Shown: one piece after another, positions 1 to 6,979 of the stretch | Layout: each line of letters begins with the position of its first letter | Position numbering within the stretch: the first letter of the stretch is position 1 | Origin: an uncultured bacterium | Lineage (GTDB): Bacteria > CSSED10-310 > CAZUFC01 | Direction of reading: 5' to 3' | Length of the DNA stretch: 14,907 nucleotides | Assembly: GCA_964619725.1 (NCBI GenBank) | Contig: CAZUFC010000173.1 | Span: 1 to 14,907 of the forward strand | Made by a program: the position numbers and the translations under genes | The notes under the pieces: model-generated | What the model was told of the DNA's origin: nothing | Seen by the model: the letters and a program-made list of their open reading frames with translations, nothing else | The model's database searches: none

Positions 1-9
1 GACCTTCAT
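1..9 (-). CDS. Possible start (ATG AAG GTC, M-K-V) of a divergent gene running out of the window
   Basis: The reverse complement of 1-9 is ATGAAGGTC, next to an AT-rich intergenic region. Only three codons are visible and there is no clear RBS. Confidence 0.2.
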
Positions 10-74
10 TTTTAATTGGTTTTACTTGGATCCACACACAGCGGAAAAAGCTCGTAATCATGCAAAACTTAAAG

Positions 75-110
75 TCGGTTATAAGAAAAAGGCTTTTTTC
101 TTATAACCGA
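75..110. repeat. Perfect 16-bp inverted repeat (hairpin) with a 4-nt loop
   Basis: TCGGTTATAAGAAAAA (75-90), GGCT loop, TTTTTCTTATAACCGA (95-110), read directly from the sequence. Confidence 0.9.
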
Positions 111-133
111 GTTTGGGATTATCATGAGCGGTA

Positions 134-162
134 TTCCTAAATGAAAGCGTTTGTGATAAAAT
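134..162 (+). promoter_or_regulatory. Putative sigma70-type promoter with extended -10
   Basis: TTCCTA (134-139), 17-nt spacer, TG-A-TAAAAT (154-162). The implied transcription start near 168-170 lies downstream of the ATG at 164, favouring the TTG start at 203. Confidence 0.45.
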
Positions 163-202
163 AATGTGCGGAGGATTGATCTTCATCGAAAGGAAGAACA
201 TT

Positions 203-1219
203 TTGATTCCAATAAAAAAACCAAATTTAATTATCGTGGGAGCCGGCGGAATCATAGGCAAAGAATTGCTGACGTTGTTGAATGAAACGGGTTTCAGCGA
301 TTATCGGGTTCGCCTGATGGATACGATCGATTATCGCGGCGAACTTCGAGAATACATCGGCGAACCGTTAGTCATTTCGGAGCTGGACCGAGACATTATC
401 AATCGCAATGATATCGTCGTGCTGACGAGCGATAAGGCGACGAATATGAGTTTCATAGAACCCGCTGTGACGGCGGGGGCTTACGTTATAGACACCAGCG
501 CTGACTTCAGTCATAAGAAAGAACTGCCTTTGATTGTAGCCGGGATCAACGATCACCTTATTACTCCGGATTCTAAATTCATCATCAGTCCTGATGCATA
601 CAGCGTTATGACATCGCATATCGTGCATCCTCTCATTCAGAAATTCGGCATCCGCAGACTTAATTTTACAGGCTTGATGGGCCTGGGTAATGAGGGACGC
701 TCCGCAATGGAAGGACTTTTAAAGCAATCCATCGATTTAATTAATTTTCAGGAAGTCACCAGGGAACATTTTGCATTTCAGGTCGCATTCAACAGTTTTC
801 CCGATACTAAAGGCTCGAAGAACAATGGATATTCCGACAGGGAATCTCTGTTCGTCAATCATTTGAGTCGACTGACAGGCAAAGAAGGAAAAATTTTTAA
901 CGCCTCCATGATCTGGATTCCCATTTTTATCGGAAGCGGCGGCGTTGTTTTCCTGGAACCGGAACGCATGATTAACCGGGAGGAAATTCTGGACATTCTG
1001 GATGAATGGAGTTATCTTCGAGTTGTTTCCGCTGAAGAATCACCTGAAAACCTCAGCATTCAAAGCTGCAAGGATGAGGATATGATCAGCGTAGGCAGGA
1101 TTAATGTCGATGCAGAGAACACCTCGCTTCAGCTCTGGTTCGCCGGAGATCACATCAGACATGGAATATGCAGAAACATTTACGGAATAATCAAAAAAAT
1201 CTTACAACTCAAACCATAA
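203..1219 (+). CDS. Aspartate-semialdehyde dehydrogenase family protein, Usg-like (catalytic residues absent)
   Basis: Rossmann motif IVGAGGIIGKEL, AGAYVIDTSADF (Asd: GAxVIDNSSAF), PLIVAGIN (Asd: PLVVPEVN), QVAFNSFP, VGRI and LQLWFAGDHIRHG (Asd: LWVVADNLRKG). Start placed at TTG 203 with AGGAAG at 191-196; the ORF track starts at ATG 164. Confidence 0.85.
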   Translation: MIPIKKPNLIIVGAGGIIGKELLTLLNETGFSDYRVRLMDTIDYRGELREYIGEPLVISELDRDIINRNDIVVLTSDKATNMSFIEPAVTAGAYVIDTSADFSHKKELPLIVAGINDHLITPDSKFIISPDAYSVMTSHIVHPLIQKFGIRRLNFTGLMGLGNEGRSAMEGLLKQSIDLINFQEVTREHFAFQVAFNSFPDTKGSKNNGYSDRESLFVNHLSRLTGKEGKIFNASMIWIPIFIGSGGVVFLEPERMINREEILDILDEWSYLRVVSAEESPENLSIQSCKDEDMISVGRINVDAENTSLQLWFAGDHIRHGICRNIYGIIKKILQLKP

Positions 1220-1264
1220 ACTCCTTCTTTTGTATGAAGTTAAAAAATAAAGACAATGGAAGGA

Positions 1265-1302
1265 ACGAGCGAAACGGAAAGTCATCCGAAGCGTCGTTTT
1301 TT
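1265..1302 (+). terminator. Possible intrinsic terminator or leader hairpin
   Basis: Imperfect stem AACGA..GC..CGGA / TCCG..GC..TCGTT followed by a T run, between the asd-like gene and the next ORF. Confidence 0.3.
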
Positions 1303-1352
1303 CAAAAGCGCCGTTAAATTTATCTGTTGAAATGATTTGAAAGGAAAGTTAT

Positions 1353-1724
1353 ATGGAACCGGCAGTAATCTCGGTTAATATGAAAAGATTAATGATTTAT
1401 GGATGTCTGCCTTTTTTATTTTGGTTGCTGCTTTTGGGCGGATGTAAGAGTGAAGAAATTCAGGAAAAAGCGGAGGAAGCGGCTGATCAGGTCATTTTTC
1501 GTCCCCAGCAATCGGCCAAAGAGACCAAACTGAAAAGCGATCTGAGATTATTAAGGGCGGCGATAAACTCCTTTATGGCTTTAAACGGGCGTTATCCGAA
1601 TTCTATGAAGGAAATTGAACAAAAAGGAATAGTGAGTAAAATTCCGAGAGAAGCTTTCGGCGGCGTTTGGGAATATGATCCATCATCCGGTCAGATTAAA
1701 AGCAGCACGCATCCTGAGCTGTAA
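1353..1724 (+). CDS. Small lipoprotein with a GspG/pseudopilin-like C-terminal globular domain
   Basis: Hydrophobic leader ending in the lipobox LLGG-C. LKSDLRLLRAAINSFMALNGRYP...IPREAFGGVWEY resembles the T2SS GspG core (D..L..ALD.Y..DNGRYP...P.DPWG..Y.Y). GAAAGGA precedes ATG 1353; ATG 1380 is an alternative start. Confidence 0.65.
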   Translation: MEPAVISVNMKRLMIYGCLPFLFWLLLLGGCKSEEIQEKAEEAADQVIFRPQQSAKETKLKSDLRLLRAAINSFMALNGRYPNSMKEIEQKGIVSKIPREAFGGVWEYDPSSGQIKSSTHPEL

Positions 1725-1738
1725 GATAAGGATATGAA

Positions 1739-2647
1739 ATGAAACAAGAAGAATTAGTCGAAAAAATAAAAAAATTAAAAAAAGAAAGGAATGCGGTAAT
1801 ACTGGCTCATAACTACCAGAGACCAGAGATACAGGAAATTGCGGATTACCTTGGAGACTCGTTTGATTTGAGCTTAAAAGCCCGTGAAGTTGATTCGGAA
1901 GTGATTGTTTTTTGCGGAGTGCGGTTCATGGCGGAAAGCGCCAAGATACTTTCACCAGAAAAAACAATCCTGCTGCCTGAAAAAGAGGCTTCCTGTCCTC
2001 TGGCCGACACCGCTTCGCCTGATCAGTTGAGGGAACTGAGGAAAAATCATCCGGAAGCCATGCTGATCACCTATATAAACACGACTGCAGAAGTAAAGGC
2101 GGAATCCGACATTTGTTGTACTTCGGCCAATGCGGTAAAAATAATCAAAGCCTTTCCGAATGAGAAGATCGCCTACATACCCGATCAGAACCTGGCCAGG
2201 TATGCTGAAAAGATGCTGGATCGATCAATCCTGAAATGGGAAGGATATTGTTACGTCCATCACGAAAACATAACAGCAGCGGATGCGAAAGGCTTGATTT
2301 CAAAGCATCCTGAAGCCGTAGTGATGGCTCATCCCGAATGTCCTCCTGACGTTCTTGAATTGTGCGATTATGTGACGGGAACTGCGGGTATGGTTAAAAT
2401 CGCCAGACAAAGCGAAGCCGCAGAGTTTATCGTTTTGACGGAGTCGGGACTTGCGGACAGGTTAAAAAGGGAGAACCCGGAAAAAGAATTTTATGTCGTC
2501 CGAACGGCTGTATGCGAGAGCATGAAATTAACGACCTTGCAGTCTCTCCACGAATCTCTGCGGGATATGAAGCATGAAATAACGGTACCGGACGAAGTAA
2601 GAGAGAGGGCTTTGAATTCTCTGAACAGAATGCTGGAGTATCAATAA
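1739..2647 (+). CDS. nadA: Quinolinate synthase A
   Basis: ILAHNYQRPEIQEIAD, GDS, IVFCGVRFMAESAKIL, ASCPLA, YINT.AEVKAESDICCTSANA, W.GYCYVH, AHPEC, C.SMK; the three Fe-S cluster cysteines are present. Confidence 0.98.
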   Translation: MKQEELVEKIKKLKKERNAVILAHNYQRPEIQEIADYLGDSFDLSLKAREVDSEVIVFCGVRFMAESAKILSPEKTILLPEKEASCPLADTASPDQLRELRKNHPEAMLITYINTTAEVKAESDICCTSANAVKIIKAFPNEKIAYIPDQNLARYAEKMLDRSILKWEGYCYVHHENITAADAKGLISKHPEAVVMAHPECPPDVLELCDYVTGTAGMVKIARQSEAAEFIVLTESGLADRLKRENPEKEFYVVRTAVCESMKLTTLQSLHESLRDMKHEITVPDEVRERALNSLNRMLEYQ

Positions 2648-4182
2648 TGGAAAATGAGATTTACGATGCAGTCGTCGTCGGGTCTGGAGCGGCGGGTTTA
2701 ATGTTCGCTATTGAACTGGAGAAAAACGGCAAAATAGCGGTTCTGACGAAGGATAAAATCATCGAAAGCAACACCAAGTACGCTCAGGGCGGAATCGCGG
2801 CGGTGCTCAGAATCGACGATGATTATGCGAATCATATTGAGGATACCATTAAAGCCGGGGCTGGAATATGCGATGTTGAAATGGTTAAAATACTTGTGCA
2901 CGAAGCGCCGGCGCGTATACGCGATTTCATGAATTGGGGAGTTGAATTCGACAGGGATAAAGACAACAGGCTTCTTTTCACACAGGAAGGCGGGCACAGG
3001 AGCTGGAGAATACTGCATGTGGGGGACATGACGGGTTGGGCGATAGAGGAATGTTTGATAAAAAAGGCTTTCTCCTGCCCTAACATCGAAGTCCTTGAAC
3101 ATAAAACCGTTCTCGATCTCATCGTTAAAAACAATATTTGCTACGGAGTAACGGTCCTGGATGAAAAAGGCAAAATTCGTCATATCGCCGCCAAGCTGGT
3201 GTTTCTGGCGACGGGAGGAGCCGGGCAGCTCTATTCGCATACGACCAATCCAGTCATATCCACAGGCGACGGGATAGCCATGGCTTATCGTGCGGGAGCG
3301 TCCGTCGATAACATGGAATTCATTCAGTTCCATCCCACCGCTTATCATAATTATCCTCCGCCTTTTTTTCTTATCTCTGAATCAGTGAGAGGAGAAGGAG
3401 GGATTTTACTGAATAAAAACGGCGAAAGGTTCATGGAAAAATACTCCTCGCAGAGAGAACTCGCCCCCAGAGACATAGTAAGTCGCGCCATATACAGCGA
3501 AATGAAAAAAACCGATTCTGATCATGTCTATCTGGACGTCACTCATCTGAGCGCTCATTTTCTGAAGAACCGGTTTCCGACCATCTATAAGAAATGTCTT
3601 GAAAACGGTCTGGATATGGCCGTCGAGCGGATACCGGTCAGCCCGGCTGCTCATTATATATGCGGCGGAATCAAAACGGATATGGACGGCAAAACAGATA
3701 TAATCAGTCTCTACGCCGGCGGCGAGACAGCCTGCACCGGCGTCCACGGCGCCAACAGGCTCGCCAGCAACTCGCTGCTCGAATCCGTCGTATTCGCCTA
3801 CAGAGCTGCGGTCAACGCCGACCGGTATTTGCGTTATTTGCCGCAGGTCTGGTCTTCTAAAATGGAAGAATCCTTTAAAAATCTGCCGATTCACAAGGGA
3901 AAAAACAGCGCTGATCCGGAATTTTTGGAAAATCGCAAAAAAGAACTTCAGAACATTATGTGGACTCATTGCGGCATAGAAAGAACTGATGCCGGCCTTA
4001 ATTCCGCCTTAAAGAAAATCAAATCGCTCAATGATGATATAGAAAAAATTTATTCCCAATCAATCATCACCAATGAAAACATTCAACTCAGGAACCTCTC
4101 CCAGGTCGCCATCCTGACGCTTCAAGCCGCCGGCAAAAGAAGACGCAATATCGGTACTCATTTTAACCTGGACCTGACCTGA
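2647..4182 (+). CDS. nadB: L-aspartate oxidase
   Basis: FAD motif VVGSGAAGL, SNTKYAQGGIA, EGGH...RILH.GD.TG, LATGGAGQLY..TTNP..STGDG, MEFIQFHPT, LISESVRGEG, ELAPRDIVSRA, PAAHY.CGG, TGVHGANRLASNSLLE. Coupled to nadA by a TAATG overlap. Confidence 0.97.
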   Translation: MENEIYDAVVVGSGAAGLMFAIELEKNGKIAVLTKDKIIESNTKYAQGGIAAVLRIDDDYANHIEDTIKAGAGICDVEMVKILVHEAPARIRDFMNWGVEFDRDKDNRLLFTQEGGHRSWRILHVGDMTGWAIEECLIKKAFSCPNIEVLEHKTVLDLIVKNNICYGVTVLDEKGKIRHIAAKLVFLATGGAGQLYSHTTNPVISTGDGIAMAYRAGASVDNMEFIQFHPTAYHNYPPPFFLISESVRGEGGILLNKNGERFMEKYSSQRELAPRDIVSRAIYSEMKKTDSDHVYLDVTHLSAHFLKNRFPTIYKKCLENGLDMAVERIPVSPAAHYICGGIKTDMDGKTDIISLYAGGETACTGVHGANRLASNSLLESVVFAYRAAVNADRYLRYLPQVWSSKMEESFKNLPIHKGKNSADPEFLENRKKELQNIMWTHCGIERTDAGLNSALKKIKSLNDDIEKIYSQSIITNENIQLRNLSQVAILTLQAAGKRRRNIGTHFNLDLT

Positions 4183-4330
4183 TCTCCTTTCGCCCGACAC
4201 ATCCGTCGGTTGGAACGCATGCATGCACGCACAGGTTTCCTTCAACTGAGTGCGGATCATGCTTGGGCGATACATGGACAGGCATAATGATGCCCGGCGG
4301 CGGCCACAAGATGCCCCCCGGATCATCAGG
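4173..4330. other. GC-rich structured intergenic segment (degenerate REP-like cluster or small structured RNA)
   Basis: About 59% GC by hand count over 4183-4330, with several short inverted repeats between convergent genes (see findings). Confidence 0.4.
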
Positions 4331-4339
4331 CAATAAAGG

Positions 4340-5179
4340 CTAAGGAAGCGCCATCAATTCCATACCCTTTTGATTTCTATATTTCTCCGGCCTCTGATTC
4401 AGCTTCGCCATAGCCTTGGCTGCCCGTTCACGGATCATCCAGGATGGATCATTCTCCTTTAATTCGTTAAGATAAACGGAGGCCCGTTTATCTGCTAGAT
4501 TCTCCAATCCCTTGATGGCTTCCATTTTGACGAAACCGTCAGGGTCCTTCAGACAATCCACCAAAGGCAAAAGCGCCCTCGCATCGCCGATTTCCTGGAA
4601 CCGGGTCACCGCTTTAACCCTATACTCAACGTCGTCAGACTCCCTGGAAGCTTCCCTCAAAAACTTCATACCGCTATTGTCACCCAATATCACCAGCGTC
4701 TTAGCCACTTGCAATCTGAATGCCCTGTCCTCATGATTCAACAAACGACGAAGATGAGGCGCAGCCACAGGATTCTTTATCAATTCCAATGCCCTTACAG
4801 CGTTTCTCTGCATGGAAAAATCATTACTTTTCAACGCATTGAGAAGATGCGGCACAGCATGAAGCCCTATCTGCCCCATAGCAGCTACTGCCGTAGTTTG
4901 CAACTCCTGATCCTTATGTTCAAAAACGCTGATCAGCGCTTTTGCCGCTTCGCCTTTCAGCTTGACAAGTTTCTGTATCTTCAGGTTCACCGTTCTTCGA
5001 TCGCCTGAGCTTTTCGCGTTTATTATCTCCTGAGTCAACTCCTCCGCTGATTTCTCGAAACCCCGGCAGGCCGGCCACGAAAAAACGCTTATCACGGTAA
5101 TCATCAGCAACGGCAGCCATAATAAAATTTTACTCTGATACTTTGCTCTTCCAGATCGCATTACATATATTTTCATCAT
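4340..5179 (-). CDS. HEAT-repeat (PBS lyase HEAT-like) protein with an N-terminal signal or membrane anchor
   Basis: About six ~31-aa repeats of the type A..AL..IG...AVP.L...L.D.D..VR (e.g. QRNAVRALELIKNPVAAPHLRRLL, RVKAVTRFQEIGDARALLPLVDCLKDPD, IRERAAKAMAKL). Hydrophobic leader ILLWLPLLMITVISVFSWPAC. Confidence 0.85.
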   Translation of the reverse strand: MMKIYVMRSGRAKYQSKILLWLPLLMITVISVFSWPACRGFEKSAEELTQEIINAKSSGDRRTVNLKIQKLVKLKGEAAKALISVFEHKDQELQTTAVAAMGQIGLHAVPHLLNALKSNDFSMQRNAVRALELIKNPVAAPHLRRLLNHEDRAFRLQVAKTLVILGDNSGMKFLREASRESDDVEYRVKAVTRFQEIGDARALLPLVDCLKDPDGFVKMEAIKGLENLADKRASVYLNELKENDPSWMIRERAAKAMAKLNQRPEKYRNQKGMELMALP

Positions 5180-5443
5180 TCACACATTCTTATGTTTTTT
5201 TTTATCGCTGGTTTCTCGTTTTCGGGGTCTTTCCCCGATTCTGACGATAAATTTTTCGCAGAATGACCCCTGCTTTTTCAGTCTACAAAAAAAATCGTTC
5301 CTTTACAAATAACAAGGATAGCCAGACTCCTGAAAGCGCTTTTCATCCGCTTGTCGTAATAAAGCCGGAGCGTCCCGTTTGCCAATTTGACCGGAAAACG
5401 ACAAAAAAGAATTTTTCGCTGAGATGCGACTTTGTGAAAAATG

Positions 5444-5452
5444 TGATATTCT
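5444..5452 (+). promoter_or_regulatory. Putative extended -10 element
   Basis: TG-A-TATTCT about 45 nt upstream of the proposed TTG start at 5497; no convincing -35. Confidence 0.3.
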
Positions 5453-5496
5453 TCTTCAGAAGCATTAAGTTTTATAAGGACAAGAGAAGAAACATT

Positions 5497-6075
5497 TTGA
5501 CTGAAAAAACAGAAAAAAAGAAAAAGGCCGTTGAATCCGGGAAAAAGGCGAAAAAACGTGTGCCGCTATGGCGAATCCTGGGAATCCTGGGTATAGCGGC
5601 GATGGCGTTTCTCTTTATCCACTCCGTATGGTACGGAACCTTTCGCCAGGGCTATATTTTAAAATTTGACTACAAGGCTCTGAATGGTTTGACGATGACT
5701 CTGCAACGTTACATGGGCCGGCCAATGATTCTTATCATTTTCAGAGCGAATTCTGAAGATGACTGGCTTTATCTGACGGCTTTCAATCCGGTGGCTCAAA
5801 AAGCGAAACAGGGTGAATTCAATGTGACGGCAGTGGCGTTGACTTCAGGACCTTTGAAAAGCGTACGAGAGGCAGCGGGAAAATATTCGGTCGATTATCC
5901 TGTTTTCATCGCGGAAAAAGAGGCAATGGAAAAAATGTCAGGTTATGATTTTTACCCGGTCGCTATCCTGACGGATTCGAAAGGGCGCATTCAAACAGTG
6001 CATGAGGGCAAAACGGCTCCGGCCATTTTAAATATGGAACTTGAGCTGCTGATTAAGCTGAAATGCGCAAGATGA
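5497..6075 (+). CDS. Membrane-anchored thioredoxin-fold (TlpA/ResA/redoxin-like) protein lacking CXXC
   Basis: Basic N-terminus, then a TM helix (WRILGILGIAAMAFLFIHSVW). F...LNG..MTL..Y.GRPMILIIF, DYPVF and YPVAILTDSKGRI...HEG match the TlpA/redoxin pattern. Start placed at TTG 5497; the 5263-5496 extension in the ORF track looks non-coding. Confidence 0.7.
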   Translation: MTEKTEKKKKAVESGKKAKKRVPLWRILGILGIAAMAFLFIHSVWYGTFRQGYILKFDYKALNGLTMTLQRYMGRPMILIIFRANSEDDWLYLTAFNPVAQKAKQGEFNVTAVALTSGPLKSVREAAGKYSVDYPVFIAEKEAMEKMSGYDFYPVAILTDSKGRIQTVHEGKTAPAILNMELELLIKLKCAR

Positions 6076-6154
6076 TCTGTCGTTTTTCAGTCTTCAAAGG
6101 CAGAGAAGAATAGGAGAATCATGCAAAGTGCAACGAGAAAGGAGATTCAAAACA

Positions 6155-6871
6155 ATGAAAACCTCATTAACGATTATAACACTAATTTTGCTTTTGATGA
6201 CTACTGTTTGCGGTGAGCATAAAACCATGACCAGCCAGGAATATTCATTTGAAAGAAATCAAATGGTTAAACAGCAGATCGAAGCCCGCGGCATCAAGGA
6301 TGAACGAGTATTGAAGGCTATGCAGAAAGTACCCCGCCATAAATTCATTCCTGAAAAATACCGCTTCATGGCCTATGAGGATCATCCCGTGTCCATCGGG
6401 TCGGGTCAGACGATCTCACAACCCTATATCGTTGCTCTCATGACTGAATTACTGGATTTGGAAAAAGGCGAAAAAGTCCTGGAGATAGGAACGGGCTCAG
6501 GTTACCAGGCTGCAGTCCTGGCCGAACTCACCGACAGGGTTTACTCGATCGAAATAATCCCTGAACTCGGCAAACAGGCCGAAGCGACATTAAAAAAATT
6601 GAATTATGAGAACGTTAAAGTCAAGATAGGAGACGGATATCGCGGATGGCCGGAATATGAACCTTTTGATGCGATCATTGTAACCGCAGCCCCTGATCAT
6701 GTGCCGCCTAAATTGGTGGAACAGTTGGCGGAAAAAGGCAAAATGGTTATTCCAGTTGGGGATTTTTTTCAGGAACTCAAAATTTTAACGAAAAAGAACG
6801 GAAAAGTTGAGGAAAAAATCGTAACGGGCGTACGATTCGTTCCCATGACCGGCGAAGCAATGGATAAATAG
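6155..6871 (+). CDS. pcm: Protein-L-isoaspartate(D-aspartate) O-methyltransferase with an N-terminal hydrophobic leader
   Basis: VPRHKF, AYEDHP..IG.GQTISQPYIVA.MT, KVLEIGTGSGYQAAVLA, GDGY.GWPE..PFDAIIVTAA, L.EQLA..G.MVIPVG, VRFVPM. AAGGAG at 6139-6144 precedes ATG 6155. Confidence 0.97.
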   Translation: MKTSLTIITLILLLMTTVCGEHKTMTSQEYSFERNQMVKQQIEARGIKDERVLKAMQKVPRHKFIPEKYRFMAYEDHPVSIGSGQTISQPYIVALMTELLDLEKGEKVLEIGTGSGYQAAVLAELTDRVYSIEIIPELGKQAEATLKKLNYENVKVKIGDGYRGWPEYEPFDAIIVTAAPDHVPPKLVEQLAEKGKMVIPVGDFFQELKILTKKNGKVEEKIVTGVRFVPMTGEAMDK

Positions 6872-6979
6872 GCATATTCATTCGTTTATGCCTGAGAAAC
6901 CGGATCGCTACTCCCGCATCGAGATTTGTATCCAGACGCGATTTTACGGACAGGCGTTTGGAGAAAAAGCGACGAAAGA

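Noticed and set aside
164-202. ATG 164 as start of the asd-like gene
   Set aside because: It directly follows the putative -10 element and has no SD. TTG 203 has AGGAAG upstream and fits the usual Asd N-terminus.
1256-1330. NAD+ riboswitch or leader peptide (MEGTSETESHPKRRFFKSAVKFIC) upstream of the nadAB-containing unit
   Set aside because: Only a superficial GAGCG...GAAAGTC resemblance, with no recognisable nadA- or pnuC-motif architecture. The short ORF has no SD and no regulatory codon run.
2698-3969. Long antisense or alternate-frame ORFs inside nadB, and similar ones inside other genes
   Set aside because: They fully overlap well-supported genes, have no recognisable motifs and are expected shadow ORFs.
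4180-4287. Selenocysteine or stop readthrough of the nadB TGA (hairpin 11 nt downstream, open frame of ~34 codons)
   Set aside because: NadB already ends at its usual C-terminal motif (G.HF..D), the hairpin loop ACATCC is not SECIS-like, and NadB is not a known selenoprotein.
5263-5496. 78-aa N-terminal extension of the redoxin-like ORF
   Set aside because: Low-complexity A/T-rich sequence containing the putative promoter; the TTG 5497 start gives a normal TlpA-like length.
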